The translations under genes were made by a program, and so were the position numbers. This document shows positions 40,334 to 54,722 of a DNA stretch of 64,000 bases, piece by piece. Under the pieces are notes generated by a model that was not told the origin of the DNA, made no database searches, and saw only the letters and a program-made list of their open reading frames with translations. The stretch is from Paraspadella gotoi. Lineage: Eukaryota; Animalia; Chaetognatha. Where the stretch lies: NCBI GenBank assembly GCA_051294375.1, contig CM119263.1, forward strand, positions 5,664,035 to 5,728,034. Direction: 5' to 3'. Within the stretch, counting starts at the first letter, position 1; each line of letters opens with the position of its first letter.

Positions 40334-41270
40334 NNNNNNNNNNNNNNNNNNNNNNNNNNNNNNNNNNNNNNNNNNNNNNNNNNNNNNNNNNNNNNNNNNN
40401 NNNNNNNNNNNNNNNNNNNNNNNNNNNNNNNNNNNNNNNNNNNNNNNNNNNNNNNNNNNNNNNAGAGAGAGAGAGAGAGAGAGCGGAAAAACAAAACTTT
40501 GCCGACGATAATGATATCTGTATGAATCTAGAATAAGTGTTGGGTTCTCTGTTGATGGCACAGACCATAAAGACGTCTTGGAGAAAGCGGGAAAGGAGGG
40601 GGAGGAAGAGGAGGAGGAGGAGGAAGAGGAGGAGGAAAGGAGGAAAAGGAAATAATAAAGAAGCTTCCGAGAAAAGGGTTATTATCATTGGCGTCTCGAC
40701 GCTGCCAACCAGACAATCATTGTCATTCTCTTTCTTTCGGAGAGAGAGAGAGAGAGNNNNNNNNNNNNNNNNNNNNNNNNNNNNNNNNNNNNNNNNNNNN
40801 NNNNNNNNNNNNNNNNNNNNNNNNNNNNNNNNNNNNNNNNNNNNNNNNNNNNNNNNNNNNNNNNNNNNNNNNNNNNNNNNNNNNNNNNNNNNNNNNNNNN
40901 NNNNNNNNNNNNNNNNNNNNNNNNNNNNNNNNNNNNNNNNNNNNNNNNNNNNNNNNNNNNNAGAGAGAGAGATTTTTTGGACATTAGGGCGGGTTGTTGT
41001 TGTTGTTGTTATTTCTTTGTTCTCTTTCATTCCTTAAATGATTGATACTCTAATGTTGCGTTTTTGACTCAACAAAAAAGAAAAAAAAATTGCCAGCGTT
41101 TCACCATAATTCACGCGCGGTTCCCACTCACGAGTCACAAAGAGGATCACGGATTCACAACCCCCTTCGCTTCTCTCCCCTTCCTCCGCGAGTCTCTCTT
41201 CTCACTTATGCATATTTGTTGCGATTTTACGACGCAAACGACAGAAAAGAAAACGGAGAGGAGGACATCC

Positions 41271-41681
41271 GCATCAAGGGCCCTTGGCGGTCGCAGAAGC
41301 TGCAAGAAACTAGTTCTTGGTTCCTGGAAACGAACTGCATACTGTTTAGCTAGAACACTTGAGGGGGAAACATCGAGAAAACTTGACGGATGCAGAAGTG
41401 ACAAGAAAACGTTTGCTTGCAATAGCAAGAAAGGCATCAACAGCAAAGTTTATGTTAAATGTTATGTTAAATGTTATGTTATATTTGTATCCTCGATGAC
41501 AAAAAACGCTAAAAGTAAGTTAGAAATTATATTATTTAGACGTTTGCAATCTGTGAAATAATGAATGCAAGCAACAGGATATCACGACATTAGGGTCATG
41601 ATTGATTCTGAGAGTAAAAGATTGTGGAGGAAGTTGAACTCGGCATCAATGGTCTTTGGCGGTCGCAGAATCTGCCAGAAA
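41271..41681 (+). repeat. Dispersed 39-bp direct repeat, three copies (41271-41309, 41370-41408, 41643-41681)
   Basis: GCATCAAGGGCCCTTGGCGGTCGCAGAAGCTGCAAGAAA matches the 41643 copy at 34/39 and the 41370 copy at 27/39 by manual alignment, with no indels. Confidence 0.7.
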
Positions 41682-41993
41682 AATCAGGGAAAAACGGATT
41701 CGNNNNNNNNNNNNNNNNNNNNNNNNNNNNNNNNNNNNNNNNNNNNNNNNNNNNNNNNNNNNNNNNNNNNNNNNNNNNNNNNNNNNNNNNNNNNNNNNNN
41801 NNNNNNNNNNNNNNNNNNNNNNNNNNNNNNNNNNNNNNNNNNNNNNNNNNNNNNNNNNNNNNNNNNNNNNNNNNNNNNNNNNNNNNNNNNNNNNNNNNNN
41901 NNNNNNNNNNNNNNNNNNNNNNNNNNNNNNNNNNNNNNNNNNNNNNNNNNNNNNNNNNNNNNNNNNNNNNNNNNNNNNNNNNNNNNNNNNNNN

Positions 41994-42026
<33 letters not shown>

Positions 42027-42484
42027 TGATTCAGTCATGAAACACAAAGTGACTTCCTCTCGAAAAGATTTAGAAACAAAAGTCGAAAAATCGAGAAAAA
42101 AAATATATATTTTTCATTTCATTAAAATTACCAAGCTGCTTGACTTTGTCAACTGATCTCTTTTTTCTTTTCCTTTTTTGTTCACGTTTATTGTTAACAT
42201 AAGATCTTCTAGCAACCATTCCCGCAATTATTTGTTTGCTCTGTTTTTTTTCAGAAAAAAAAAGAGCTCAATTATTATTGTTTTTTGTTGTAGTCTTTGT
42301 TGTCGTCGTCGTTTTCATTTCTCTCAATATGAAAATTAAATTTGAATTATTGACGATGATGACGGCGGCGACGACGATGACAACGACGACGACGATGACA
42401 ACGAAGACGACGGTGATAACGACAACGAATGAATCGATAATTAGTTCCCATTCCTGATCCAGTTTCTTTTGCCGACGGCAACGG

Positions 42485-42520
<36 letters not shown>

Positions 42521-43029
42521 NNNNNNNNNNNNNNNCGACGACGACGACGACGACGAATATTTCTTCCCAAATAAGGAATTAGCGCCGAAGATTTTTCGAA
42601 TTAGACTCTGGCACGGCGATGCTTCTCTTTCCATCGATGGCACTGCATTACTGGTATTTCTTAGACTGCACTGCATTTGAGCCCTAAAGCGTTGGCACCG
42701 CCGATTCGCCCTCTGGCGATTGCGTCTCTCATTCCGTAGACGGACGGTAGATGTCGCTCCCGGCGGCGGCGGTTGACGATGATGAATAAAAATGAATTTG
42801 ATGAATGACGGTGAAACTATGAGGATTGTGAAAGAAGAGAGTGAAACAATTGAACAAGTGAAATAATTCATTCGGAAAGAAAAGATCAACAGTTGAGCAT
42901 TAATTATTATGAAATTGGAACAATTAATGGTAATTAATGGTACAATTAATTTTTTTTAACTCTTTACTTTCCTTCACTCCTTTTTATTTTCTTTTTTCCT
43001 TCCTCTCTTTTTCCTCCTTTACTGACCTT

Positions 43030-43108
43030 CTCTTTCCTCCACCCTTTCTTTTCTTTCCTCCATACTCTCTTCTCTTTCCTCCACCCTTTCTTTTCTTTCC
43101 TCCACTCC
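43030..43108. repeat. 42-bp tandem duplication in a pyrimidine tract
   Basis: ctctttcctccaccctttcttttctttcctcca occurs twice. Confidence 0.8.
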
Positions 43109-43220
43109 CTCGCAATCCAGTGAATTCCCCTGGGAGTGACGTCGCTACTCAGTTCACACCGAGTTTCGCATAACCGCCCCAGTGAGACTTTCAAAAGACA
43201 ATTTATCGCTTTGTCTGGCA

Positions 43221-43251
<31 letters not shown>

Positions 43252-44586
43252 AGCGCGGGGGCGGAGTCCCTCCGGGAGTGGCGCCAACGAATGGGCGGTG
43301 GAGGAGGAGGAGGATGAAGAAGAAGAAGGAGAGAGAGAGAGAGAGAGAGAGAGAGTCGCGAAAGCTGATTAACGCGAAGAGTTAAAAGACTGAGAAACAA
43401 GTCACCAAGCATTTTTTCGCAACAAACGACCGAAACGATAACGAGAGAAAAAACAAAAACCAAGCAAAGATTGGAACTACTTCTTTTTCCTTTCCAAGCG
43501 ATGAGTGATACATTTATCCCGTCGACCACAATATATTCCGACGAAGTAAGCAAAGAATTCCAACGGACAGACGGACAGATGGACAGACAGACTGACAACA
43601 ACTAGAAATCGAATCCTAAATTTCTTTATCTTGAATCTCGACGTCAAAGAATGAAAGTGGGAGAGGGAGGGAGAGGGAGAGAGAGGGGGAGGGCCGAAAA
43701 GGGAGAGAGGCAAGGGGGGAGACCTGGTTCGAATTTGCATAACGAAATCTCCGACGCTGATTGTAATTCTGGTCGTGACCGACGGGAGGGACGGCTTGTC
43801 GGCTTGTCGGCCCTGACCCATAGATTGACTTATAGAACGATGAATTGGGTTTACCGAGATCCTCTCTCTCTCTCTCTCTCTCTCCTCTCTCTCCTCTCTT
43901 CTCTCTCTCTGCTCTTCTCTCTCTCTCTCTCTCTTCTTCTCTCTCTCTCTCTCTTTTTTTTTTTTTTCTATTGCTCCCTCACACTCTCTCTCCACCTCCG
44001 AATTTCCTCTTCAGCGCATCAGGTCTTGCTTANNNNNNNNNNNNNNNNNNNNNNNNNGAGACTGGAAAGAGGGGGGAGAAAGAAGGAGGAGAGAGATGAG
44101 AGAGAGATAGGTGACTGTAGAGGAGGAGAGAGGACTTTGGAGAGTGAGAGGAACGGGACGAGATGATGAGGATGGGAGAGGGATGCTGTGAGAGGAGGAA
44201 TCGCAGCTTCCCGGGCCGGCCTTTCTTGCGCATTCTATCAGCAGCAGATCATCCCTTGTCGGAAGGTCCGCACGTATGGCTCTGTGCTTATAGCCCACTC
44301 TCGCGCCGTCCACGGGGATTACTGTCTTATCTTCTGAGCACGAGTCCTCTCTCGTGGCACGGTCGCAGATCACTTGCGCGGCTGCGACTTCGCGTTCCTG
44401 GAGAGGGAGAGAGAGGAGAGATGGAGCAGATAGGAGGGACAGGTCGGCAGATGAGACTGGATTGCGAGGAGGAGGAGGAGGGGGGTAGCAGAGGGAGGTC
44501 GAGGATGGAGAGGGAGGATGGGGGAGATGGAAGGAGACAGGGGGAGAGGAAGAGGGGAGAGGAGGAGAGAAGAGAGAGAGAGAGAG

Positions 44587-44635
<49 letters not shown>

Positions 44636-44734
44636 TGCGCGCACCGAGTTTTGAAAAAAAAATTTCCATCCTTGACCTCGGCCAACCAGACTCGAGTCCC
44701 CAAATTGGGTATTGGAATTTTCAAGGTCATTTTG

Positions 44735-44826
44735 CGATTGGTTCTTTTTCCGAATATAACGTCACTAGGGAGAGCTCGCGTGTGATTGGTCCGTTGTTTT
44801 TTTGGCGCCTGATTGGATTCCCGCCG
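44735..44826. promoter_or_regulatory. NF-Y (inverted CCAAT) and E2F-like motif cluster
   Basis: GATTGG with ATTGG at 44737, 44785 and 44812; TTTGGCGC at 44801; TTCCCGCC at 44818. Confidence 0.4.
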
Positions 44827-46081
44827 GCCCCGTTTGCTGATTCATTAGGAGAGAGTGTGAAGGAGATAGGATAATAGAGAGAGAGAGAGAGGAAGAGAGA
44901 GAGAGAGAGAAGAGAGAGAGGCAGAGAGATAGGAGAGAGATGAGAGAGAGAGAGAGAGCGCTTATCTTATCAAGTTTTCTTCGTTTTCCTCTTGTTTTTT
45001 CACTATTAATAAATAAGTAAAATAAAGAATAGTATTATTGATAAAATTATTAAATTAAATTATTTTTGTAATAAAATTAAATTTTGCATTCTTTGTAATC
45101 ATTTTACATACCTTGGCTTATGAAGCTGACTAACTTTTGGATGAGAGAGAGAGAAGAAAGGAATCAGACAGAGACTTTAGAGGAAGGAAGATGACAGAGA
45201 ACAGAGACTGGGAGACGAACAAGGATGGGGGAAACAACGAAACAGACAGACAGGCAGAGAAATGAGAAGTGCCAACTTTAATCGCCTTCCCTCCCGAAAA
45301 CGCGGCTCCTTTCCAACAATCAACAGGCAATCGTTCCGATACGCACTTGGCGATATAGATCGCTCTCTCTCTTTCTCTCATTCTCGTCGTCTTCTTCATC
45401 TCTACTCTCTCGTCTCCTCCCTCTCTTCTCTCTCTCTCTCTCTCTCTCTTCTCTTCTTCATCGTCTCTCTCGTCAAATGGAAGAAAATGCGCCACTTGGG
45501 TGTTGTTCGCCCACGGTAACATGGGATCTGACAGGCCGAACGACTTTTGGTACGACGTCTGATCGAGATTGGATGTGATGTTTTTCTTGATGTTGTTTTC
45601 TATGTGTTTCTTTTTTTCAGGAATTTTTTTTTTGTTTGTTTAATTTTAACATTAGAATGGTATGTGATGTGATTTATATAAAGAAATTTTTAGACTGGAT
45701 AGTCCTCTCTGCAATGAAAATAGTTGTTTTCCGATTAACAAAGTGAGATACTGCTCCTAACACTTAAACTCGGTTTTAGTATGTAGATAATTTTTCTCAA
45801 ATTTATAATTGTTTTAAAATTTCCTTAAAACAGGATGGGAGAGAGAAAGTGAATTTGGGGCGGGTTCGGAACGGAACGGAATGGGCCGGGGCCCGCGAAG
45901 GAAACAGGCCGGGCATGGGAGACCATTTTAATGAATAGGGCGGGACTAGAAAATATTTAGGCTTTGGTTAATCTGACTTAGAGAGAGAGAGACAGAGATA
46001 GAGAGAGATGGATTTTCTTTTACATTCTAACCTCTTTCGTATTTCTCTCTTTCTCCTTTTCCTTTCAATTCTCCAATTTCA

Positions 46082-46247
46082 TTTTCCTCCACTTTCCTTT
46101 TAATTTTCCTCTTCTCCTTTTCTTCTTCCTCCACTCTCCTTTCAATTTTCTCCACTTTCCTCTTAATTTTCCTCTTCTCCTTTTCTTCGTCCTCCTCTTT
46201 CCTTTCAATTTCCTCCACTTTCCTTTTAATTTTCCTCTTCTCCTTTT
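46082..46247. repeat. 63-bp pyrimidine-rich minisatellite, ~2.7 copies
   Basis: ctccactttcct(t/c)ttaattttcctcttctcctttt recurs every 63 bp. Confidence 0.85.
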
Positions 46248-46622
46248 ACTTTGCCTCCGCTTTCCTTTTTTTCCTCCATTGTCGTCCCGTGACTCGAAAA
46301 TCTAATTTGGAAAAACGATCCCCAAATTATTTCCGCGGTTTCGACCAGTTTCGTTTCCTTTTTTTGCCGAGGGGAGGCGCGGGGAGGAGACAAGGGATGG
46401 TTGAGGGACTAAGGGGCAAGGTGGGGGGTAGGGGTGGAGGTGCAAAGGAGGATTGGAGCATGGGTGGGGGGGGGGAAGTCGTAAGGGGCCGACTGAGCGG
46501 GTGAATGGAACGAGAACCACGAAATTTCGATGTCACGAAATTCGATCTTCGACCGACACAATTTTTTTTTGGACCGAAAGAGTTTCTTGCTGACGCGAGG
46601 TGAAGGCGACGGGAGACCGACA

Positions 46623-46659
46623 TTTTTATTTATTTTATTTTTATTTATTTATTTTATTT

Positions 46660-46746
<87 letters not shown>

Positions 46747-46750
46747 TTTG
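46623..46750. repeat. (TTTA)n microsatellite
   Basis: Direct reading of the sequence. Confidence 0.95.
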
Positions 46751-47284
46751 TTCATTTATTTGTTTCTTTATTTATTTCATTTTTTCTTTTAATTTGTTTG
46801 TTTATTTTTTTATTGATTGATACATTGTTTTTTTTTATCTATTAATTTTTTTATCTATTGACATATATTTGCATTTTTCTTTTCTTAATTTCCTCTTTTG
46901 TTTATTTATTATTTCTCTCTCTCTATTCCACGAACAGCGTCAACCCCCCCGTCACCCCGTGACCCTTTGACGCGCGACGCTCGACGTACGAAGACCAAAA
47001 AAAAAGGAAAACAAGAGACGGAAACTCGAGACGTCGCGAGTGGGCGTGGCCTTCCGTTTCCGGCGTCGGTTTTTGTCGCCTTCGATTGTTGGCGGCCGAG
47101 AAAAACTAATCAGGAAACGATTTTCATCTCGAATGTTGGTTCAGCTCTGTTTTTTTGGGAGGAGGAGGAGGAGGAGGAGGAGGAGGGGGAGGAAGAGGAG
47201 GAGGAGGAGGAGGAGGCTCTCGACTCGATGGACTCGATATCGGAAAACGTTTGAAACCGATTAGAGGTGAAAGGCGACGGAGAC

Positions 47285-47386
47285 GGCGAATGGCAAGGAG
47301 ATGTGGCGAATGGCGGAGGGATGTGGCGAATGGCAAAAGGATGAGGCGAATCGCGAATGGCACGGAGATGTGGCTAATGGCGAAAG
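47285..47386. repeat. ~21-bp minisatellite GATGTGGCGAATGGC..., ~5 copies
   Basis: GGCGAATGGC or GGCTAATGGC recurs. Confidence 0.85.
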
Positions 47387-47691
47387 GACCTAAATTATTT
47401 CACATAGTAAAGTGATCCTCAGGATTGGGGAAAATCTCAAATGGAATTGAAGGCGTGAATTCGAGTGACATCGATTAGAGTATTGGTTGTCGTTGTTGTC
47501 GTCGTCGTCGTCATCATTGTCCTCTTTGTCGTCGTCATTGTCGTCTTCGTCTTTGTCGTCGTGTTGTCTCCTTTGTCGTCATTGTCGTCGTCGTCATTGT
47601 CGTCATTGTCTCTGGATTGAGGACAAACGAAAATCTTCTTTTTCGTTTGACTCGAATTAAGAATTCCGATCTCGTCGTTCTGTTGTGGTCT

Positions 47692-47726
<35 letters not shown>

Positions 47727-48130
47727 TTCGACCCACTTGAAGTAAACCGAGGTGAAACCCAAGGTCGGAATCAAATAAACCATTTCGACGGACTAATCAC
47801 GAGGTGGTGGTTGGTGGGGGCTGAAGTGTGTAGGTGGGTGGGTGGATATAAGCCCAGGGTGGAAAAGTGGTGGACAGAATTCATTGGGAGAAGAAGAAGA
47901 TGGAATCGGGTTAAGCAAGAAACGGCGTTGTGGTTGTTGCTGCCTAGGGTACAACATTGAGGAACATGAGGGACATTCTTCGTCAAGGATGGCAAAAGCA
48001 TGGTTCTCTTTTGTGTGTGGGCGTGGTCTTTTTTTTAAAGGTTTTTGTCAAATTTCTGGCAAGGTTGTGGCTATTTTTTTTAAACAAGGGTGCACCCTTT
48101 TTCTTCGTCGGTTACTTGGTGTGTTAAGAA

Positions 48131-48207
<77 letters not shown>

Positions 48208-48432
48208 CCAATAGCCTCTTTCCCTACGAGCGACGTTAAGCGGAAGAGGAGAACCGAAAATAAGGAATTCATTGCACAACAAAATCCTTTCCTTTTAATC
48301 ATTACGGAGGATGAGGAGGAGGAGGAGAAAAGAGAGAAAGAGGATAAAAGGGATGAAGTGGGAAAAGCGCGGGAGCTTGGGAGCTGAATGGAGTGGAATA
48401 GAAGTTAAGAAGAGAGAGAGAGAGAGGAGAGA

Positions 48433-48491
<59 letters not shown>

Positions 48492-49230
48492 AGAGAGAGA
48501 GAGAGAGGTTAACAGTGGTTCTGAGTGAGAGGGAGTGAAAAAAAGAGGAAACGATCGGAAAAAAAAAATCATTTATCAAATCGGTGCAAAGTTCTTGGAA
48601 ACTAATGAAGACATGGCATGACATGATTTTAAGAAAATATCGAGGAAGGGAAGACATTAGAAGATGGAAGGATAAAAGAAAGAAAAGGGTTAAGAGGAAG
48701 AAGAAAGAAAAGAAAGGAAGTTTCCTTTTTATTGTACTTTGCCTCCCGAAACTTTGACAATCGGGTTTCCTAAGGTAAGGTCGCTTTGCAGGGTGGGGCA
48801 GTTGTGGAGACGAAGATTGCTCTTGATGCTTTTGTAGTTATGGAGACTCTGTCCCTTATGGGAGTTGTGGCCTAACCCACAAGAACTTAGCTTTAGGCAC
48901 TAATATTTGAAAATAATTATAAAATATTATTCAATGAAAACATAAAAAAAAGCACAATTTCGAAAACAAGAACCACAAAAGCAAAGAGGATGAAAGTCTG
49001 TCCTCTCCAAAAAATAAAAATGGCCGCCGCCTGAGAGAAGAAGTTTTAAGGAGGTAGAAATGAGATCTCTGGTGGCGTTCGTCTCTTCCTCCTCTTCCTC
49101 CTTCTATTCCTTCTCTCCCTCTCCCTCTCTATCTTCTTCCTCACTCTCCCTCTCACTCATCCTCCAGCGAAGGGCATCGCTTCCCGTAAAATCTTTACGA
49201 CGCCTTAAAACCGTGGGCCTGTTGGGATTG

Positions 49231-49337
<107 letters not shown>

Positions 49338-49436
49338 CTCTGTCTCGCAAGGTAATGCGTTCTATTTGGTTCCCTCCGCTACGTGAAAGATAAGTGAGAA
49401 TGTTGTTTGTTATATTGATTATTAAGTTTTTTTTAA

Positions 49437-49530
49437 GAAAAGAAAAGAAAAGAAAAGAAAAGAAAAGAAAAGAAAAGAAAAGAAAAGAAAAGAAAAGAAA
49501 AGAAAAGAAAAGAAAAGAAAAGAAAAGAAA
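49437..49530. repeat. (AAAAG)n pentanucleotide microsatellite
   Basis: Perfect run. Confidence 0.95.
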
Positions 49531-49980
49531 AAAAAGAAAAAAAACCCAAAAAAACAGAGAATAAGAAAGAAAAGACTCACCCCTCACTCACCCCACCCAA
49601 ACCTCACTCAAACTTTCCTCCCATTTCCTCCGCTGCTCATCATAAGTCATCAAAACTCACCCTAACAAAATGGCGGTCGTCGGTTATGACGCGGGAAACG
49701 AATCAAAGGTCAGGGGAGAGAGAAACGCCTTCGGGAGGCGAGACTCGCTAGGGAGGGGCCCGGGGAGTTGGGAGAGGAAGAGAGGGAGGGGAAGAGGGGG
49801 AGGAAAAGAAGAGTAGGGGGAGAAGAAGAGGGGAGGGTGGATAAAAGTTTTGCCTTTATTGTGAATCGACTCTTTATGGTGAAAACTCGTGATGGCTTCT
49901 TCTCTGTGAAAATTTTTTTAACGAGAGAGAAAAAAAAATATTGAGAGAAAATAAAACTGTGTTAAGTAAAAAAGTGAGAG

Positions 49981-50045
49981 GGACAAACCGACGGACAAAC
50001 CGACGGACAAACCGACGGACAGGCCGACGGACGGACAGACAGACT
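49981..50045. repeat. 12-bp repeat GGACAAACCGAC x3 grading into (GACG/GACA)n
   Basis: Direct reading of the sequence. Confidence 0.85.
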
Positions 50046-50577
50046 GAATGAATTTAACTGAATTTTTGTCTAAAAATCGAATACGAGTCAAAAAGAAAAA
50101 CGAAATAATTTTTTTGTCGCTAATTTTTTTCTTTTTTCTTTTTTCATCCTTCGCTTCTCCTTTCGAGTGAAAATGGCAACGAAACCCTACCCTGCCATCA
50201 AATGCCATGAAATACCATCTCAAGCGTCTGCATGGCAACGAGCATTCTAAGTGCCATGGCGTCCTATCAATTATCGCGTTTTTATGACATTCTCTACTAA
50301 CGTTTGATTGTATAAATGAAATTAATTAAACAGTTTTTACCGAAACACACAGAGAAACAATGTAAAAACTTAGGTTTTAAATGAAGCACTGATAAAAATA
50401 AAATTAAAAAAAGCGAAAAAAAAATTCTCTTAAATTCTTAGGCGAAGAGAAAAAAAGAAAAAAGACTGAAATTGAAACAGAGAAAATTGAATTTACTTCT
50501 TCAATGAGTTTATGGAGGTTAAACTCTGAAATGGGATACGGAGCGAGCGAGAGAGAGAGAGAGATAGAGAGAGAGAT

Positions 50578-50618
<41 letters not shown>

Positions 50619-51020
50619 CTTACCCACTAACAGAGAGATATATTTATTAAGAATAGAGACAGATAGACAAGTACGGTAAAAAGGAGGACAGGTATACAGA
50701 CAGAGACAAACACTCATACAGACAAACATACAGAGTGAAGATACAGACAGGATAGAAAATAGGGTAGCGGGTCAGGAGCGAAATGGTTGAAACAAGAAAA
50801 GATAGGAATACGAGGAGGAAGAGGAGGAGGAGAAAGAAGAGGAGGAAGAGGAGCATCCCTTGCAGTTGGTGTGGGACGCCAAAGAAAAATGGGGACAGAA
50901 AAGTAGATGTTTTATGCTTTGATAATTCTTTGAATTTCAGAGGAAAAGTGCGAATAAATTGAGATAAACGAGGGAGAGAAGGCAGCGAGATGTGGCGCCT
51001 CTCCGCCGGTAGAACTCCGA

Positions 51021-51089
<69 letters not shown>

Positions 51090-52397
51090 TCACTACCTTC
51101 TACCACGGTGAGCACTCCTGAGTCTTTCTCTTTTCACCCAAACCTCTTTTTCCTTCTTCAATCTCAGCCTTCTCCTCTTCCTCCTCCTCCTCCTCCTCTT
51201 ACTCCTTCGGTGGCGAATCCTTTTCAATTTCACTCAATTTTCTTCGTCGCACGAATTCGTCGCTACGACGAAAAAGGCAAAAGGCGATCGTCGCAGCGGG
51301 GGGGTCTGTGATCAGGAGTCAATTTTTCTATTTTCTTTATTTAATGCCAAAAACAGTATTGATAGTTTTTCGGGGGTAATTTTTTTATTATTAATACCAA
51401 AATCAGAAATAGTAACTGTTTTAAAGATTGGAAAACGATCTCGACAAACATTTCTCTGGATGGACGTTGGAAAAGTGGTCTTGTTGGTGGTTATGATAAG
51501 TTGTCTATTTATCATTGGTTGATCAATTAGCTGGTAAATGATAGGTCAATGGCTGAATATAGAAACAGTTGTTTCGAACAAGTTCGAACAAGCGAAAAAT
51601 TATAGAGAGTTGTTTGAAAATTTAAATAATAATTAAAATTTTAAAAAATTAGGTTAAAGAAAAAAATTAAACTACTACAATATGCAAATGAGATTGAGAA
51701 AACGAACAAGACGACAACATCAGCGACTATTGTAGAAAAGAGAGAGAAACCGAACGACAATTACAACGACAACAACAATAATGACAACAACAACAACAAC
51801 GACGAAGACGAGATTCTATCAGTTTATCCCTGAAACGACTTTGGAGTCACAAGGACGAAGCGAAGTCTGTGAACCATTTCACGTGAACAATTTTCTCGGT
51901 TTCATTTTCTGTGAAAAAAAAATCGTTTCACTTTGAACGAAAGAAAATCTCGAGGACAGAAGCGGTTTTGAGAAGCGTAGAGGAAGCGGATGAGAAGCGG
52001 ATGGAAAGAGGGTGGAAAGAAAATTAACAAATTCACTAAAATAAATAAACAAAAGACATCGAACTTTCTAAATTTCCATTTAAATAACAAATAATAATCA
52101 TAAATGACAAGAGATATTACTCTCTCTCTCTCTCTCTCTCTTATTGACATTATGAGCAGAATAAATCAAATCAAATCAAGAAGTACAATTTTTTGTTTAT
52201 TAAAAAATGCTTTTGTATTAGAAAGCAGATATCAGTTTTTAATACCGTGAATGAAATGACCCATCGTTACCTTATACACCCTTCTTGTAGAGGGTACCTA
52301 GGTTCATGTATAACCTATCTATCTACCTCTCTCTACGTCACTCTTTTCTCTCTCTCTTTCATGCTCCTCTCTTCTCTTCTTCTTCTCTCATCTCATC

Positions 52398-52438
<41 letters not shown>

Positions 52439-52725
52439 CTCTCATTTGACCTTTCTCAATCCTACGCGCATTCCTACGACTTCACTCTCCCCGCATTCTC
52501 TCTTTCTCGTCTCTTTCTCAATCTCTCTGTATCTCTCAGTAATCTCTCTCTCTCCTCTCTCTCTCTCTCTTATCGTCTCTCATCTCTCTCTCTCTCCTCT
52601 TCTCTCTCTCCTCTCCTTCCTCTCTCTTCATCTCGGGGCGTAGGGCGGCGTTCGGCTTTATGCATGCGTGGAAACAGCGGCAGCGCGGAGAATTCCCATT
52701 CACAAACAGGAATGAAGTCAGGCTC

Positions 52726-52767
52726 ATCCCCGGCCGGATCCCCGGTCGAATCCCCGGCCGGATCCCC
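52726..52767. repeat. 12-bp repeat ATCCCCGGCCGG, ~3.5 copies
   Basis: Direct reading of the sequence. Confidence 0.85.
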
Positions 52768-54370
52768 TGCCTCCTTTTCCCTCCCTTCCCGGTCGCAGCC
52801 TTTCATTCCCTAGCGGGGGTCCGCCTCCTCCCGGGACGGCCCCCTCCTCCTCCAGGGGCCACTCCCCTCTCACGGGGGGGGGGTGTCGGAGGCGGAGGAA
52901 GGAGGGAAGGAGAGAAGGTGGGGAATCCTTTTCTCTTTCTTCTCTTCCTTTCTTTTTTTTTAATCTCTGAATTTCTTCCTTCCTTTATTTCCAACTTTGT
53001 TTATATCTTAGTCTCTTTCTTCCTTCCCTTTTTTTAAGTTTTGTATCTTTTTAAATTCACAACATTCAATTCTTCCAATATTTCTCTTTTCCTTATTTCT
53101 TTCCTTCTTCCTTTCTTTCCTTTCCTTCCTTCCTTTCCTTTCCTCCCTACCTTCATTTCTTCACTTCTTTTGAATCTCCTTAGGGGATTTGCAAGTCAAA
53201 GGAATGGATTGTGACTCTTCGCCTTAAAGACGAAACGTGAGTCAGAAATATAATCTTTTAAAGGAAAACATAAAAAAAGGAAAAGAAAAAGGAAAAAAAA
53301 AGGAAAAAAGGAGATGAAAAAAGATCGAAACCTGATTTTTAGCCGATTCGTTTAATGCAAAGAGGGAAAAAGAGAGATGATATGTACGTAGAAGATGTAG
53401 AAGGAGAGTGTTAGAAGGTTGAGAGACGAGAAGAGAGAAGAGAGAGAGAGAGAGACGAGAGAGACGAGTTGAGAGAGAGAGGATGAGAGAGAGTTTTTTT
53501 TCCTTTATTCCACTCACGGAGGCTTATTCCCATATTTTTTCTTGGCAACGTCCTCAATTAGACGGTCAATTTCAAACGTACACTTATCCAGATCCTAAAA
53601 GCGAAAAAAATATTAAAAAAAAAAAATAAAAACTAAACGAAAAGAAAGATAGAATTTTTTCAGTCTCTCTCGTCTCTCTCTCCTCTCTCGATCTCTCTCT
53701 CTCCTCTCTCTCGTTCGTCTCTCTGCTCTCTCTCTCTCTTCTCTCTCTCTCTTCTCTTCAGCTCTGAAGTTCTAAAGGCTCTGTTTCCCTCCGACGCTTT
53801 TGAATCCAGTTTTTAAAGAGAATTTTCATTCTAATTTTATTTCTCCTTGCCTGATGATCTTCATCACTATTTTCGCAGCAACGAGGAGAAAACCTCGTTA
53901 GTACCCGAAACGCGCCGGTGGCGGCGGCGGATGGCACTGGCGCGGAGGCGGCGCTCTTTCTCTGACTCGGCGGTCGTGATATCCGCCCGGAGGCGTCTCA
54001 AGATCGGCCGCAACGACCCACTGAGATGACTTGCCGCTCGAAAAATGAATTTATGTTACTTCTAATTGTAAACTAAAGTTCTCATGCAATATTTCACGAC
54101 TTAATAAACAATATAAAAAACCCATTTTAATGAGACAGACAGATAAAAAATGTATTTAAACTCTATGTTTCCATATTTACTACAATAATCGCAACATGAT
54201 ATTGAACGCGAACCTCAAATATTGTATCCCACAGAAATTGCTTTCTTCGAGTGTTTCGGCACCAAAGAAAGAATGAGGCGACAATAGGAAGAATAGTTTG
54301 GCCAGGAGGAATCCCGTCGAGGTGTACAGGATTGAAGAATATCCGTCCTTTCCTACACTGGATGAGCAGA

Positions 54371-54414
<44 letters not shown>

Positions 54415-54722
54415 CGAAGAGAGAGAGGAGAGAGAGAGAGAGAGGAGTGCGTAGGAGTTCACGAAAGGCTAATGAACGATCGTTCTCTCTCTCTCTGTCT
54501 CCCTATCTTTCCCTCAACAACGTTCCACGATCTATTATCTTCTTCAGACGCCGCGAACGAAACTCGTTTCAAGAAAAACGTCCGATAAATAACGACACCA
54601 AAACAAAAACAGCAAAAAACACAATAAAAAAATAGAAAAAAGCGAGAATCTCGAAAATCGTGTTATCACGATTATAGTTTTCTTCTTTCGAATCTAAAAG
54701 AAATGAAATGTTCTCCCTAATT

